A stretch of 64,000 bases of DNA from Opitutales bacterium (GCA_965197745.1 CBDANS010000007.1:2016001-2080000); one strand, 5' to 3'. Shown: positions 1 through 12,972, numbered from the stretch's first letter. The notes: generated by a model from the sequence alone, not told the origin. Translations and numbers: made by a program.

Positions 1-476
1 TCCACCTTTCCATCCAACGCATGATCCGTTTCGTTGAGAACGAAATCGATCGCATCGACAAACAGCTGCGATTGCTCATCAACGAGAATGATCCACTGCG
101 TGCGAAAGCCGAACTTATCGCTTCAGTCAAAGGAGTCGGTGAAGTGACGACTTGGACCCTCCTGGCTTATATGAGCGAAATGACTCATCTGGGCCGCAAT
201 CAGTTGGTCGCTCTTGCCGGTCTGGCTCCCTATAATCGTGACAGTGGCAAGACCCATTCTAAGCGATCGATAAAAGGAGGTCGTGCCAAAGTCAGAAAAT
301 GTCTCTATATGGCTGCTCGCACCGCGGCTCAACATAACCCCGTGATCAAACCTTATGTGCAGAGGTTAGTCGATCGGGGAATACCTTACAAATGTGCTCT
401 CGTTGCGGCCATGAGAAAACTCCTTATTCATCTGCAGTCCCTTCTTAAAAAACATCAATTAGCTCTTGCTTCATGA
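1..476 (+). CDS. IS110-family transposase, C-terminal part (cut by window start)
   Basis: SVKGVG, ALAGLAPYNRDSG, GGRAKVRKCLYMAA and ALVAAMRKLL are typical IS110 (Transposase_20) motifs; a short right end CACAATTGCT follows the stop. Confidence 0.93.
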   Translation, partial: HLSIQRMIRFVENEIDRIDKQLRLLINENDPLRAKAELIASVKGVGEVTTWTLLAYMSEMTHLGRNQLVALAGLAPYNRDSGKTHSKRSIKGGRAKVRKCLYMAARTAAQHNPVIKPYVQRLVDRGIPYKCALVAAMRKLLIHLQSLLKKHQLALAS

Positions 477-674
477 CACAATTGCTTCGTCCTCCCAGGT
501 ATTTACAATAATATCAAGGTAGAACACGCTGCCTGACGGCCATAAACTTTGCGACGGCTGTTCCCTAGTGCGTTTATAGATGATAGCGCTACCGAGTCTC
601 GCCACTTCGAGACAACATCTTCCAAAAGCACAAGAGACACAAAAAAGATCTTTAAGAAGTAGAAATACTCTTAT

Positions 675-1020
675 TGTCATTGCGAGCGGAGCGTGGCAAT
701 CCAGGCAGATTCCGGTGACATATTTAAAACTGGTTAAAGTACAGTAATTAACTTCGGTTACGTCCACTGGATATTTATTTATTAATAAGGTGTGGCGCAC
801 TGACTCAGGTTGATAGATTCACGAAACAATATGGAGGGACGCGCGGAACCGGTCGGCCATAGTCCACCCGCGACTGCGGGAAGGGACGACGTGGTGATCG
901 CGTCCGCGCGTATTCATGCTAACCGATCCCCAACGGCCATGACCGAGCATGGCCCTCCAAAAATCTTCGTCTTCGTCAATGTCTCTCGGTAGCCACGTCG
1001 CGCTGCTCCTCGCAATGACA
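675..1020. repeat. REP-like inverted pair (TGTCATTGCGAG ... CTCGCAATGACA)
   Basis: TGTCATTGCGAGCGGAGCGTGGCAATCC at 675 and its inverted partner ending at 1020; a related pair lies at 50274-50404. Confidence 0.65.
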
Positions 1021-1089
1021 CTAGGGAGGCAGACGAAGACGAAAATTAGGTGATCAGCCCATGTCTTAGTGTTATCAATCGTTGCTTCG

Positions 1090-1265
1090 GAATATAATTA
1101 ACCCTGCTATTCCGCTAACCAGCCTTTAGCGCGATCTACGGCACGACTCCAACCTTCCCGGTGTATTTTCATATCAGCTTGAATATAATTAACCCTGCTA
1201 TTCCGCTAACCAGCCTTTAGCGCGATCTACGGCACGACTCCAACCTTCCCGGTGTATTTTCATAT
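1090..1265. repeat. 85-bp direct duplication of the glpK 3' end
   Basis: 1090-1174 is identical to 1181-1265. Confidence 0.95.
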
Positions 1266-2680
1266 GATCGCGCCGTGATGAACCGCTGATTAATACTCCA
1301 GTGAGCAGCTATTTCATTTTGATTTTTCCAGTATCCCACCGCAATACCGGCAAGATAAGCCGCGCCAAGGGCTGTGGTCTCAATAACCCGGGGACGAAGA
1401 ACAGGAACTTGCAATAGATCGCTTTGAAATTGCATAAGTATATCATTGGCACAGGCACCGCCATCAACTCGTAATTCCTGAAGTTCGATTCCCGAATCCA
1501 ACTTCATCGCTTCAAGAACGTCGTAACTCTGATAGGCAATACTTTCAAGAGCAGCGCGTGCAATATGGGAAGCGGTCGTTCCTCTTGTCATGCCAACAAG
1601 GGTGCCGCGGGCGTAGGGATCCCAGTGAGGGGCCCCTAAACCTGAAAACGCGGGGACCAGGTAAACGCCATCAGATTCGGCTACTTTATTCGCCAATGGC
1701 TCAACTTCGGAAGCTTTTTCGATCAGCCCCAGTCCATCCCGCAACCATTGAACTACGGCTCCCCCCATAAAGACACTGCCTTCAAGCGCATACGTTATTT
1801 CATCCCCTATTTTCCAGGCAATGGTGGTTAATAGGTTATTCTTTGATACCACCGGGTCTTTTCCGATGTTTAAAAGAAGAAAACAACCCGTCCCGTATGT
1901 ATTCTTGGCCATTCCCGTTTTAAAACAACTTTGTCCGAAGAGAGCTGCCTGTTGATCACCGGCAATACCGGCAATAGGTGTTCCCTTGAGTTCAGTTAAC
2001 TGTTCGGTCTCCGCATAAACTTCACTGGAGGAGTGGACCTCAGGTAAAAGGGATGGTGGAATATTAAGTATTCCTAAAAGCTCTTCATCCCAGGCACCGG
2101 TATGTATATTAAAGAGAAGCGTACGTGAAGCATTGGTGGCATCCGTGATGTGTGTTTTCCCGTTGGTAAGCTTCCATATAATCCAACTGTCGACAGTTCC
2201 AAAAGCCAGCTTACCGCTTTCCGCTTTTTCCCTGGCGTCAGGAATATTTTCAAGTATCCATTTTATCTTTGTCCCGGAAAAATAGGGGTCTAAAAGTAAT
2301 CCTGTTTTCTTTCTGAATACTTTTTCTAATCCCTCTTCTTTGAGTGAAGCACAAATATCGGAAGTTCGGCGATCTTGCCAGACAATAGCATTGTATAGGG
2401 GGTCACCCGTCCGGCGATCCCACAGTATAGTCGTTTCACGCTGATTGGTTATTCCCATCGCGGCGACATCTTCTTTAAATATTCCCGCTTTTTTTGTCGC
2501 TTCAATGGCCACACTGCACTGCGATTTCCAAATCTCTTCGGGGTCGTGTTCCACCCACCCCGGTTTCGGGAATAGCTGTTTAATTTCTTTTTGAGCCACT
2601 GCCTTTATCAACCCGTCATGGTCAAAAAGAATGGCTCGCGAACTCGTCGTTCCCTGATCCAGCGCTAATATATATTTCAT
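1217..2680 (-). CDS. glpK: Glycerol kinase (last ~20 codons frameshifted)
   Basis: [33 protein letters not shown] and KNTYGTGCF motifs; the normal tail [12 protein letters not shown] is in another frame. Confidence 0.95.
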   Translation of the reverse strand: MKYILALDQGTTSSRAILFDHDGLIKAVAQKEIKQLFPKPGWVEHDPEEIWKSQCSVAIEATKKAGIFKEDVAAMGITNQRETTILWDRRTGDPLYNAIVWQDRRTSDICASLKEEGLEKVFRKKTGLLLDPYFSGTKIKWILENIPDAREKAESGKLAFGTVDSWIIWKLTNGKTHITDATNASRTLLFNIHTGAWDEELLGILNIPPSLLPEVHSSSEVYAETEQLTELKGTPIAGIAGDQQAALFGQSCFKTGMAKNTYGTGCFLLLNIGKDPVVSKNNLLTTIAWKIGDEITYALEGSVFMGGAVVQWLRDGLGLIEKASEVEPLANKVAESDGVYLVPAFSGLGAPHWDPYARGTLVGMTRGTTASHIARAALESIAYQSYDVLEAMKLDSGIELQELRVDGGACANDILMQFQSDLLQVPVLRPRVIETTALGAAYLAGIAVGYWKNQNEIAAHWSINQRFITARSYENTPGRLESCRRSR

Positions 2681-2956
2681 CGTTTAAATACCTGTTTCAT
2701 CAACATCCACTCCCCTAAGTATAATATATAAATTAGGGTGACGATCAAGTTGTGTCATTTCTCAAGATGAAGGTGATAACGATTGCAGCTATATTAATGA
2801 ATATTTGAGTTCAATAACCGGGCTGCAGATTAATCTTTCTCTTATATTATTAAAGTGTTTTACTTGTAATTACTTCTTATTGCCTGATTTCCGGAAAATT
2901 TATTTATTTTTTTCGTGATTTTTAATACTTAACCAGTAACCTCAGCGTTTTCTCTA

Positions 2957-4720
2957 ATGCTTAACTTTGCTGATCAATGTCTGGACATGGCCCAATCGAT
3001 ACTGGGACACAACCTTGAGGCCATAAATGATGATGGGGCTATTAGTCCAATAGAAGGTGAAAAGACAAGGCCCGAGGAACCGGGCCATGCGGCATTTGCT
3101 ATAGGCGAATACTACCGTGCCACGGGAGAAGTACAGCTGGGTAATTTCGATCTCATTGATCTTGCGGCGCGTTGCATTACGGCCCAGGTATTTACGGAGG
3201 AAGATGATGAGAATGGCCTTGCTTATACCGCGCTGGGCCTGCTCTCCTTTGGACCGGTAAAAGACCGCAATCCTGTCTGGGAACGGTTACTCGACCCAAC
3301 TCGTGAGCGTCTTGATAAAATGCTTCTGGCGAGAAGTGATTATAATAACCATCTCCAGGCTTACAATATTGCTAAATCGGTAGCCCGTTTCAGCATGGGC
3401 TTGTCTAAAAAGGATGAAACGGGAAGGCTCATTGACCGTTTTATCGAACGCATTGAAGAAAACAGCACGGGAGGCTACTGTGACGATGCCCCCGATATTG
3501 GCCTCGGTGGAGCCTATAATATATATGGCATTCTAAGTTTTGTCTTCATCCGACAGGCACTTCAACTGCATGCCAATATGAATATTTGTGAATACAAATT
3601 ACCCAGCCTTCGTACTTTTGCCGAAAAGTATATCCGCATGATGCCAGATATAGTCCGGCAAGACGGTCTTGGATGGATATACGGCAAGGGTATCGGTGCC
3701 AATGGCCAGATGCTTTGTATCAGCGTCATTCTCCAGGCCATGCGTGACGAGTGGATAAGCGAGGATCAAAAACCGCTTTATTTAAATATCCTTCGACGTC
3801 TCTTCCAGTTTTTTTTCATGACCTACCTGGACCAGGAGGAAGGAGTGCTCGTAGTAAGAGATGCTGAACGGACCACTATTGATGAACAGACTTCTCGCAT
3901 GGCCGATTTTGATGGAGCCCGTTTTCTGAGCCAATGGTCACGTCTGGCTCGGGCTATCGGTGGAACCATGAACGCCCAACCCGTAAATACAAAACCCACC
4001 GGTCGTTTCATCATTTTTAACAAGAACAACCGCCGGGAACGCGGCCTTTTCATTTATCAGGATCCCAATAGCGGGTTACATATCAATCTCCCACTCGTCG
4101 GACAGGGTAATCACCGTTTCTCGGATTCACTCGCCTTTCCCCATTGTCCCGGCATTTTCGACTGGCCCGCGAATAACTATATGCCCATTTTAATTCCGGA
4201 ACTGACTTTTGGTGATAATGTCATTATCCCTTCCTTTTACGGTCACCGCTGTGTAACCGGATTGGGTCTTCGTAATTCCTTTTATTTTCGTTTTGAACAA
4301 CCAGACCTGATTACCCGTGATGAAAGGATTATTTCAGGTCTTGGCAGTGTGAAGGTATCATGGACATTTTCTGCAAACAAGGTAATGAGTGATTTCATTT
4401 TCACCGTAAAAAACCAGGTTCAACTGGACCAGATGCGCTATGTCTTTTTGATTGCCACCAGCCACTCAAACTACCGTCTTGGCACGGCTTTTGGCCTCGG
4501 CCGGGAAGGTATAGGTTGCAAAGTCCATAAGGACGATTTTCAAGGTGTCTGGCAGGAGGCGGAGATGGTCACAAACGAGCCCAACTACAAAAACTATTGG
4601 GGTAAGATTCATTACCTGCAAATGCTTATACGCGATCACCCACTTATCATGCGTCCAAGCCAACAGTATAGACTTACGGTATCATATGAACCCGATATTG
4701 TTTTTGCTGAAGAACAATAA
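2957..4720 (+). CDS. Conserved hypothetical protein, 587 aa
   Basis: Long ORF 12 bp upstream of hisF; helical N-half and beta-rich C-half; no family recognised. Confidence 0.85.
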   Translation: MLNFADQCLDMAQSILGHNLEAINDDGAISPIEGEKTRPEEPGHAAFAIGEYYRATGEVQLGNFDLIDLAARCITAQVFTEEDDENGLAYTALGLLSFGPVKDRNPVWERLLDPTRERLDKMLLARSDYNNHLQAYNIAKSVARFSMGLSKKDETGRLIDRFIERIEENSTGGYCDDAPDIGLGGAYNIYGILSFVFIRQALQLHANMNICEYKLPSLRTFAEKYIRMMPDIVRQDGLGWIYGKGIGANGQMLCISVILQAMRDEWISEDQKPLYLNILRRLFQFFFMTYLDQEEGVLVVRDAERTTIDEQTSRMADFDGARFLSQWSRLARAIGGTMNAQPVNTKPTGRFIIFNKNNRRERGLFIYQDPNSGLHINLPLVGQGNHRFSDSLAFPHCPGIFDWPANNYMPILIPELTFGDNVIIPSFYGHRCVTGLGLRNSFYFRFEQPDLITRDERIISGLGSVKVSWTFSANKVMSDFIFTVKNQVQLDQMRYVFLIATSHSNYRLGTAFGLGREGIGCKVHKDDFQGVWQEAEMVTNEPNYKNYWGKIHYLQMLIRDHPLIMRPSQQYRLTVSYEPDIVFAEEQ

Positions 4721-4732
4721 GCTTACTCAATC

Positions 4733-5494
4733 ATGCTTTCGGCAAGAATCATACCCTGCCTTGATGTTAATGCTGGCCGGGTCGTAAAGGGCGTTAAGTT
4801 TAAAAATCTCCAGGACGCGGGTGATCCCGTAGGAGCGGCCAAAGCTTACGAGGAACAGGGAGCAGATGAACTTGTATTCCTCGATATTACCGCATCAAGC
4901 GATGAACGGGAAATAATGCAGCATGTCGTCGAGATGACCGCCTCCCAGTGTTTTATGCCTTTGACCGTAGGCGGCGGCCTGCGCGACCTTAATAATATTC
5001 GACAAATGTTAAATGCAGGGGCCGATAAGGTAAGTCTTAATACCGCTGCCGTTAATAATCCTGATCTTGTAATCCAGTCAGCAGGTAAGTTTGGCAATCA
5101 GTGCATTGTTGTTGCCATCGACGCAAAACGGGAAAAGGGAGAGGATCGCTGGCGGGTTTATACACACGGGGGGCGTAATCCTACCGATCTCGACGCTGTT
5201 GAATGGGCGCAAAAAGTAGTTTCCTACGGAGCTGGAGAAATATTGCTTACCAGTATGGATCAAGACGGCACCCAGGAAGGATATGATATTGAACTCACCC
5301 GCAGAATCAGCGAATCAGTCTCCGTGCCAGTGATCGCTTCGGGAGGAGCCGGGAATCTCGACCACCTTGTCTCAGTCCTGAAGGAAGGTAAGGCGAATGC
5401 CGTACTTGCCGCTTCAATATTTCATTATGGGACCTATACAATTAAAGAGGCAAAGCAAACCTTGTCAAAAGCCGGTATTCCAGTGCGTTTATAA
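4733..5494 (+). CDS. hisF: Imidazole glycerol phosphate synthase subunit HisF
   Basis: [55 protein letters not shown]. Confidence 0.98.
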   Translation: MLSARIIPCLDVNAGRVVKGVKFKNLQDAGDPVGAAKAYEEQGADELVFLDITASSDEREIMQHVVEMTASQCFMPLTVGGGLRDLNNIRQMLNAGADKVSLNTAAVNNPDLVIQSAGKFGNQCIVVAIDAKREKGEDRWRVYTHGGRNPTDLDAVEWAQKVVSYGAGEILLTSMDQDGTQEGYDIELTRRISESVSVPVIASGGAGNLDHLVSVLKEGKANAVLAASIFHYGTYTIKEAKQTLSKAGIPVRL

Positions 5495-5532
5495 CACGCT
5501 TGGAATTAGCGTTTCCATGTTATTGAAATCCG

Positions 5533-5745
5533 TCAGAGATTATCGGGCCTGCCGCGTAAAAAATCCAGGGCCTTACTGTAACTCCTTCTCTGGAGATAGT
5601 GAATTAAACGTTCATCCATTTCCTCAGCTCGCCCCTGGAGTAACGAATCAAGATCTTTTATGGCCTTGATTATGGACTCACCGCCCGTGTCACTTGCGCG
5701 CTCAACGATAACCGCTAATCGCCTCTCAATTTCATTATTTAACAT
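5533..5745 (-). CDS. Small hypothetical protein
   Basis: 70-aa ORF filling the hisF-sucA gap; helical, ends LIHYLQRRSYSKALDFL. Confidence 0.6.
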   Translation of the reverse strand: MLNNEIERRLAVIVERASDTGGESIIKAIKDLDSLLQGRAEEMDERLIHYLQRRSYSKALDFLRGRPDNL

Positions 5746-5864
5746 TCCAGAAATATTTTTCGGCGCAAGAAAAAATCTAATTTAATTAAAGAGCCTAATT
5801 ACTTGAATTTACGGCATCCATGGTTTAATTATTTATTCCCTAAAGGCAACGAGATCAACTAAAA

Positions 5865-8603
5865 ATGAAACAACTAAGATTTGCAAATCGTTGGAATGCC
5901 GACCTCATCGATGAATATTATGATCGTTGGTTGGAAAACCCTGAAGAACTCGATGAAAATTGGATAGCGTTTTTTGAAGGTTTTGAGTTAGCCGCCAATG
6001 GAGACGGACCAACTGTGCCAACGGGGGGTGATACACAGGCACCGTCAGCGTTGAAGCAAGCCCGCTTCACAGGAGCAATATATGCCTATCGTTCTATCGG
6101 CCATACTATGGCAAATTTCAATCCCCTTTTAAAATCGGTCGCATTTAACCCTCGCCTTTCTCTGGAACGCCTTGGGTTTACAGAGGGAGATCTTGATACT
6201 GAGTATCACCCCGGTCAATATCGCGACGGTAAAGCACTGTCGGTCCGCCAGCTTCTAAAAGATTTAATGGCCACCTATTGCGGTCCCATAGGTGTGGAAT
6301 ACCAGCATATTCAGGAGACAGAACCACGCCGCTGGATTCAAAACAAAATTGAACCCTCGTTAAACAAGCCTGATTTTTCGCGCCAGAAAAAATTATTTAT
6401 CCTGGAAGATATCCTCGAAGCGGAAGCTTTTGAAAAATTCCTCCACACGCGCTACGTTGGCCAGAAGCGATTTTCGCTCGAAGGTGGTGAGACCATCGTC
6501 CCCTGCTTGCATGCCGTAGTGGAAAAATGTTCGGAACTGGGAATCCAGGAAATTGTTATGGGCATGGCACATCGCGGGCGCCTTAATATCCTCGCTAACA
6601 TCCTGGGCAAATCTTATGATTTTATTTTCGATGAGTTTTCCGAAAACTATATGCCGGAAACCATTCATGGCGATGGGGATGTTAAGTACCATCTGGGATA
6701 CGAGGCACAGCTTAATACCGCTTCAGGGGAAACCATGAATTTTCATCTGGCGGCCAATCCCAGTCATTTGGAAGCCGTCAATCCGATTGCCGAAGGCCGC
6801 GCCCGCGCGCGCCAGCGTATTCTCGGAGACTTGGATCGCAAAATAGTATTGCCTATCCTCATTCACGGTGATGCCGCCTTTGCCGGGCAGGGAATAGTAT
6901 GCGAAGTTTTAAATCTTTCACAACTTAAAGGCTATACCACGGGCGGCACCCTTCATTTTATCATTAATAATCAAATCGGGTTTACTACCGATCCCTCTGA
7001 AGCCCGTTCCAGCCTGTATTGCACGGATGTCGCAAAAATGGTTGATGCCCCCATATTTCACGTCAATGGAGATGATCCTCTCTCCATGGTATTTGTCACT
7101 GAATTAGCACTCGATTACCGACAGAAATTTGGGCAGGACGTAGTCATCGACATGTATTGCTATCGACGCCATGGACATAACGAAGCCGATGAACCGGCTT
7201 TCACCCAACCCCTCCTCTATGAGCGGATTTCAAAGCATCCATTGATCAGTGAAACTTTCTGCAAACAATTAATCAGCGAAGGCGAGTTGGATGAAACAGA
7301 AGCGGAAAAGATTAAGGAAAGCTATCAAAAGACCCTTGATGCTGCTTTTAATCGCGCCAAGAAAACAGAGACGGATAATATTAATGCTGATAATAAGAAA
7401 TTTATGGGCTCGAGCGCGATTTTTCAGCCACCTTACAATTTTCGTCCGGTAAAGACAAATGTGCGCAAAGAAGCCCTCGATAAAGTCGTCGGAGCCCTCA
7501 CTTCGATCCCCGAAAAAATAAATATAAATCGTAAAATCATTCGCCTGCTCATGAACAGGCGCAAAGGATACGAAGAGGACGTGGGGATTGACTGGTCATT
7601 TGCCGAACAAATCGCCTGGGGAGCGCTTATGCTCGACGGAACTCCGGTGCGTATCTCAGGCCAGGACTGCGCGCGAGGAACCTTCAGTCAAAGGCACGCC
7701 GTCTTTTATGATTCTGAAACACGGGAGAGCTATTTTCCGCTTATGGAAATGAAGGACCGCAGGGCTATTCAGTGCGTGCATAACTCGATGCTTTCAGAAG
7801 CCGCGGTGCTTGGCTTTGATTATGGTTATTCACTGGATTACCCCCAAATGCTTTGTATGTGGGAGGCTCAATTTGGAGACTTTGTCAATGGGGCTCAGGT
7901 CATTATCGATCAGTTTATCACCAGTGCTGAATCAAAGTGGCAACAGGTAAGTGGCATCGTTCTCTTATTGCCCCACGGATACGAGGGACAGGGACCTGAG
8001 CACTCCTCGGCGCGCCTTGAAAGATTTTTACAGGCCTGTGCTGAAGATAATATTCAGGTTTGTAACATGACCACTCCCGCCCAGTATTTTCATGTTTTGC
8101 GGCGCCAGATGAAACGGGATTTTCGTACGCCATTGATTATCATGGCCCCTAAAAGCATATTGCGCCATAAACGGGCCGTATCACGCGTTGAAGATTTCAC
8201 CAAGGGGACGTTTCAAGAAATTATGGACGATCAAAACCCCGGTAAAAAAGTAAAGCGAATTATATTGAGCACCGGTAAAATATTTTACGATTTGGAGGAA
8301 TACAGGCTCAAGAATAAGATAGAAGATGCCGCGTTGATACGTGTCGAACAGCTCTACCCTTTTCATCGTAAATTACTGGAAAAACTCATTGATAAATATG
8401 GCCAGGACAAAAAATTAGTATGGTGTCAGGAAGAGTCGCAGAATATGGGCGCATGGACTTTCATTGCACCGGTTATTGAAGAGATCACTGGCCATAAACC
8501 ACAGTATGCCGGCCGTGATGCCAGCGCTAGCACAGCGGTAGGATCACATGCGCTACACAAAGTGGAACAGGCAGCTTTAATAGAAACCGCATTTCTGGGT
8601 TGA
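5865..8603 (+). CDS. sucA: 2-oxoglutarate dehydrogenase E1
   Basis: [64 protein letters not shown]. Confidence 0.98.
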   Translation: MKQLRFANRWNADLIDEYYDRWLENPEELDENWIAFFEGFELAANGDGPTVPTGGDTQAPSALKQARFTGAIYAYRSIGHTMANFNPLLKSVAFNPRLSLERLGFTEGDLDTEYHPGQYRDGKALSVRQLLKDLMATYCGPIGVEYQHIQETEPRRWIQNKIEPSLNKPDFSRQKKLFILEDILEAEAFEKFLHTRYVGQKRFSLEGGETIVPCLHAVVEKCSELGIQEIVMGMAHRGRLNILANILGKSYDFIFDEFSENYMPETIHGDGDVKYHLGYEAQLNTASGETMNFHLAANPSHLEAVNPIAEGRARARQRILGDLDRKIVLPILIHGDAAFAGQGIVCEVLNLSQLKGYTTGGTLHFIINNQIGFTTDPSEARSSLYCTDVAKMVDAPIFHVNGDDPLSMVFVTELALDYRQKFGQDVVIDMYCYRRHGHNEADEPAFTQPLLYERISKHPLISETFCKQLISEGELDETEAEKIKESYQKTLDAAFNRAKKTETDNINADNKKFMGSSAIFQPPYNFRPVKTNVRKEALDKVVGALTSIPEKININRKIIRLLMNRRKGYEEDVGIDWSFAEQIAWGALMLDGTPVRISGQDCARGTFSQRHAVFYDSETRESYFPLMEMKDRRAIQCVHNSMLSEAAVLGFDYGYSLDYPQMLCMWEAQFGDFVNGAQVIIDQFITSAESKWQQVSGIVLLLPHGYEGQGPEHSSARLERFLQACAEDNIQVCNMTTPAQYFHVLRRQMKRDFRTPLIIMAPKSILRHKRAVSRVEDFTKGTFQEIMDDQNPGKKVKRIILSTGKIFYDLEEYRLKNKIEDAALIRVEQLYPFHRKLLEKLIDKYGQDKKLVWCQEESQNMGAWTFIAPVIEEITGHKPQYAGRDASASTAVGSHALHKVEQAALIETAFLG

Positions 8604-8664
8604 TTGACTCAGCATCTTGAAGGTGTCGCTTGCTATTTCAAGATGATCTCTGCATCCTGAAATC

Positions 8665-9960
8665 ATGGCTACGGAAATTAAAGTGCCCTCAATGGGCGAA
8701 TCTATCACCAGTGGCATAATCGCCGCCTGGCATGTTAATGATGGGGACGTTGTCGAAAACGGCCAAATCCTTTACGAGTTGGAAACGGACAAGATTACCT
8801 CCGAAGCTCAGGCTGAAATCGGAGGTAAAATAAAATTGATTGTAGCAGAAGGAGACGAAGTAGAAATCGGCCAGGTGATTGCTTCTATTGATGAGTCTGT
8901 AAGCTCTGTGGCGAAAGAACCGGCAAAAGTTGAAGATAAAAAACTCCCTGCTCCTGCAAAAGAATCGGAAGGAGCAAAAGAAGATGAAGCGGCCATAGTT
9001 AAGAGCAAAGAAAAAATCGCCCCTCAAGTGGAAACACCGGTATCTCCAGCAGTACGCCGATTGGCCACTGAATCAGGAATTGATCCCGCGACGGTTGAAG
9101 GATCAGGAAAAGGGGGGCGCGTTACCAAAGGTGACTTGATTACTGCGCGTGAAGGTTCCGATGGAAAAGACAAAAGCGCAGTTCCAGATATTCAGGTAAC
9201 GACACCGTCCAAACCCCGCGAAGTCGAAGTCACTTCAGCAGTGACCCCATCGGTGTCTTCAACACGAAGTACAAGAAAAAAAATGTCCCCCATGCGCAAG
9301 CGTATCGCCGAACGCCTCGTTGCGGCCCAAAATACTGCGGCTATCCTCACTACTTTCAATGAGGTTGATATGAGCGCGGTGATGAACCTTCGAAAAAATC
9401 ACCAGGACCGCTTTGTAGAAAAACACGGGGTCAAACTTGGGTTTATGTCATTTTTTGTGAAAGCCGCAGTTAATGCCCTCATTGAAATCCCCGCGCTTAA
9501 TGGTCAAATCGACGGTGAGATGATGATTGAGAATCATTATTATGACATCGGTGTAGCGGTAGGAACAAAAAAAGGACTGCTCGTGCCGGTGGTTCGTGAC
9601 TGCGACCAACTGAGTTTTGCGGGTATTGAGAAGCAGATTATTGCTTATGCCACAAAAGCGCGTGAAGGGAAAATATCGATTGAGGATCTCCAAGGGGGTG
9701 TTTTTACCATTTCCAATGGCGGGATTTTCGGTTCCATGCTTTCTACTCCCATACTCAATATGCCACAAAGCGGTATTCTGGGAATGCATACCATTCAACA
9801 AAGACCCGTCGTCGTTAATAACGAAATTGTCATTCGCCCTATGATGTATCTCGCTCTTTCTTACGACCACCGTATTGTTGACGGACAGGAAGCGGTTACC
9901 TTTCTCGTCAGGGTGAAAGAAGCGATAGAGGACCCGGCGAGACTTATGTTCGACATTTAA
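8665..9960 (+). CDS. sucB: Dihydrolipoamide succinyltransferase E2
   Basis: Lipoyl motif ETDKI, E3-binding SPAVRRLA...[12 protein letters not shown], catalytic [10 protein letters not shown]. Confidence 0.98.
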   Translation: MATEIKVPSMGESITSGIIAAWHVNDGDVVENGQILYELETDKITSEAQAEIGGKIKLIVAEGDEVEIGQVIASIDESVSSVAKEPAKVEDKKLPAPAKESEGAKEDEAAIVKSKEKIAPQVETPVSPAVRRLATESGIDPATVEGSGKGGRVTKGDLITAREGSDGKDKSAVPDIQVTTPSKPREVEVTSAVTPSVSSTRSTRKKMSPMRKRIAERLVAAQNTAAILTTFNEVDMSAVMNLRKNHQDRFVEKHGVKLGFMSFFVKAAVNALIEIPALNGQIDGEMMIENHYYDIGVAVGTKKGLLVPVVRDCDQLSFAGIEKQIIAYATKAREGKISIEDLQGGVFTISNGGIFGSMLSTPILNMPQSGILGMHTIQQRPVVVNNEIVIRPMMYLALSYDHRIVDGQEAVTFLVRVKEAIEDPARLMFDI

Positions 9961-9971
9961 GGGAGTGATTT

Positions 9972-11375
9972 ATGCCCGAAGACACATTTGATTTAGGAGT
10001 GATTGGCTCCGGGCCGGGAGGATATGTCGCCGCCATACGCGGAGCCCAGCTCGGTTTGAAAACCGCCCTTATCGAAAAAGATAAAAACCTTGGCGGAACC
10101 TGCCTTAATGTAGGATGCATTCCCAGTAAAGCACTCTTGCATTCAACAGAGATGTATCATTTCGCCGCTCATGAGAGCTCCGCTCACGGAATAAAAATCG
10201 GTGACGTGTCGATGGATATTGCGACCTTAATGAAAAAGAAAAACGGTGTCGTTAATACCTTGCGCAAAGGCGTCGAAACACTTGTCAAAAAGCGAAAGAT
10301 CGCGATCTTCAATGGTCATGGAAAATTGCTTGGTAATGGTAAAATCGAAATTAAAAGCGAAAATGATTCAGAAGAAATAGTTGCGCGCAATATTATCCTC
10401 GCTACCGGCTCCAAAGTCGCTGAACTGCCATTTTTAAAATGTGACGGAAAGCACGTTGTCTCTAGCGATGATGCCATCGCTTTCGATAGTGCACCGGAAA
10501 AACTCATTGTCATCGGGGGTGGAGCAATTGGACTGGAACTGGGTTCTGTTTGGTCGCGATTGGGAAGTGACGTAACGATCGTAGAATTTCTTCCTCGCAT
10601 TGCCGCAACTTATGATCCTGACATTACCCAGCTGGCAGAGTGTATTTTTAAAAAACAGGGTATGAAAATTGAAACTGATGCCAAGGTAACCGGAGTGAAA
10701 ATTAATAGTGAACACTCAATAGTATCTGTTGATAAAAAAGGTAAGACAATGGAGCTCACGGCGGACAAAGTTCTCCTCAGCGTAGGACGTGTTCCTTATA
10801 ATGATGGGCTTGGTCTTGAAGATGTCGGTGTTGATAAAGATGATCGTGGACGGATTATTACCGATGAATCTTATCGCACAAACGTCGAGGGGATCTATGC
10901 TATTGGCGACACCATCGCGGGGCCGATGCTCGCTCATAAAGCGGAAGAAGAAGGTGCCGCTGCCGCGGAAATTATTGCCGGGAAAGCGGGCCACGTAAAT
11001 TATAAAGCCATACCTAACGTCATTTACACTGAACCTGAAATGGCAAGTGTGGGTGTTTCCGAAGAGGAAGCCAAAGAGGAAAAATGTGAAACACGAATCG
11101 GTAAATTCCCACTAGCGGCGAACGGTCGCGCCCTCGCTTCCGGCACCACCGATGGAATGGTAAAAGTCATTGCCGATGCCGTGACTGACCGATTACTCGG
11201 AGTCCAGGTTATCAGTCATAATGCATCAGAACTGATTGCCGCCGCCGTCGTGCACATGGAGTACGGCGGCAGCGCGGAGGACATGGCCAGAACCGTGACC
11301 GCCCACCCCACCCTTTCAGAATCCCTTAAAGAAGCCGCCATGGCCGTTGATAAAGCCTCAATTCACTCCCTCTGA
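9972..11375 (+). CDS. lpdA: Dihydrolipoamide dehydrogenase E3
   Basis: [43 protein letters not shown]. Confidence 0.98.
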   Translation: MPEDTFDLGVIGSGPGGYVAAIRGAQLGLKTALIEKDKNLGGTCLNVGCIPSKALLHSTEMYHFAAHESSAHGIKIGDVSMDIATLMKKKNGVVNTLRKGVETLVKKRKIAIFNGHGKLLGNGKIEIKSENDSEEIVARNIILATGSKVAELPFLKCDGKHVVSSDDAIAFDSAPEKLIVIGGGAIGLELGSVWSRLGSDVTIVEFLPRIAATYDPDITQLAECIFKKQGMKIETDAKVTGVKINSEHSIVSVDKKGKTMELTADKVLLSVGRVPYNDGLGLEDVGVDKDDRGRIITDESYRTNVEGIYAIGDTIAGPMLAHKAEEEGAAAAEIIAGKAGHVNYKAIPNVIYTEPEMASVGVSEEEAKEEKCETRIGKFPLAANGRALASGTTDGMVKVIADAVTDRLLGVQVISHNASELIAAAVVHMEYGGSAEDMARTVTAHPTLSESLKEAAMAVDKASIHSL

Positions 11376-11476
11376 GTTGAGCTCTTCAAGCAGGGGAAAC
11401 GCGCTGTCTGCCTGACGTGCGTAGTTACGAAGAGCTACGAATAGAGCGGCTAATGATCGAACCAAAAGTCGAAAAC

Positions 11477-11573
11477 TGGAGGGACGTGCTCCGTCACGTC
11501 CGTATCAAGTTTTTAAAAAAGTAAATTAAATAATTCTTCCCTCACAGCGGACGCAACGGAGTGCGTCCCCCCA
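11477..11573. repeat. REP-like inverted doublet downstream of lpdA
   Basis: TGGAGGGACGTGCTCCGTCACGTCCG ... CGGACGCAACGGAGTGCGTCCCCCCA. Confidence 0.7.
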
Positions 11574-11741
11574 TTTATTTATTATAAAATCATAGCAGAA
11601 CATGCATCCCACATCCCTTGGCACGACGAAGCCTTGGCGAAGGCGGCCGCATCCCTCGGCACGACGAAGTCCCGCCATCACGGGACGAAGGCGGCTGTAT
11701 ACCATTGACCATTAAGAAAAAATAAATAAATTCCGATAGTT

Positions 11742-11829
11742 GGAGAGATGGCAGAGTGGCCGATCGCGGTAGTCTTGAAAACTATTGAACCGAAAGGTTC
11801 CGGGGGTTCGAATCCCCCTCTCTCCGCCA
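11742..11829 (+). tRNA. tRNA-Ser (anticodon TGA)
   Basis: GGAGAGA/TCTCTCC acceptor stem, anticodon loop CTTGAAA, long variable arm, GGTTCGAATCC T-loop, encoded CCA. Confidence 0.97.
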
Positions 11830-12085
11830 TTTTGTAAGCTATTGTTTACCTGTATCTTATGGATTATAAGGTTCAGGATATAGTCAAAGTTACAATAGAT
11901 TCGCCGATATCCAAGGATAACGCTGACTGAAATTAATTACTTTACCCCTGATAATTTAGGGGGGCGGGGGGAAGTAAAAATACATCTCCCTCTTCAATCG
12001 ATAATCCATTAACCCATATACAGCGGAGGTGAAAAAGGGGAAATCAAAACCAGGGGTTAACCGCAAAGTCGCATCATCATTCTAA

Positions 12086-12972
12086 TTATTCATTACCTTC
12101 TTTCATAGGTTCGATAAAGCCCCACTTCTCCAACCATTTTATCCAGCGCGCTCTCTTGGAGCTGCCTTCAGGATTGGCTAACCACCACGGATGGTAATAT
12201 GGTGAATTTTGCAAATCCATTGCCGGACTGATGGTTTTGGCATCTTCCACCAGAACATGCAGATCCTTTTCTTCTTTAGCAGTCGTTGGATTGCTGTAAA
12301 AGGAAAGGGAACAGTTCCTGCGGTCTTCATAACCACCAAAAGCCGCGTGCCATGTGTTCTGGTTAAAAGTAATGACATCACCCGGTTGCGAACAAAATAT
12401 ATAGCAGGGGATATCTTCACCGCGGAATTCGGAATCTTTGAGAAACTGTGGTTCACTATCATTGGAACTATTCAACCCTATGCGTAGCAATTCATCGAAT
12501 AAAGGACTCTTATGCGAACCTGGTATGAGACGCAATGATCCGTGGTCACTGGTTGTAGGTTGCAGATAGACAAGATTTTTGAGCATACACAAATGTCGCT
12601 GCCTCGAATCCGGATGCCAGGCAGTGTTATGTCTAAAACTGTTGGCATTGGAACGCACAGGAACGGTGTCCTCTCCCAGTAATTGTTCTGTGGATACGTA
12701 AATGCGTGGATCCTCCAATAAACTTGCCATATAAGGTGTCTCCGGAATCAAGTTAGACCATTTACAGCCCCAACGACCCCGGCAGTCCCAGCCCCTGAGA
12801 TCTTTCTTTTGATCAAAATCATCTTTTATGGTGGCAAGATGCTTATCGAATTCCTCATTAATCCTGTCAATTTCCTTTGGGTTAAAAACTTGACGACGGA
12901 TAAGAAAGCCAAAAGTTTCAAAACGTTGGATCTGCTCTTCTGTGAGACTATGATTTTCCTGTATTATAATAT
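12086..12972 (-). CDS. Phytanoyl-CoA dioxygenase (PhyH) family Fe(II)/2OG enzyme; start uncertain
   Basis: WHPD, GSLRLIPGSH and WHAA motifs; the frame stays open upstream of 12751 (LTEEQIQRFETFGFLIRRQVF) without an ATG; paralog of 63275-64000. Confidence 0.85.

Noticed and set aside
1..490. IS110 bridge RNA
   Set aside because: The right end is only ~10 bp after the stop; the left non-coding end lies outside the window, so nothing can be called.
471..992. ORFs 471-800 and 810-992
   Set aside because: They are translations of REP-like repeat DNA with no protein-like features.
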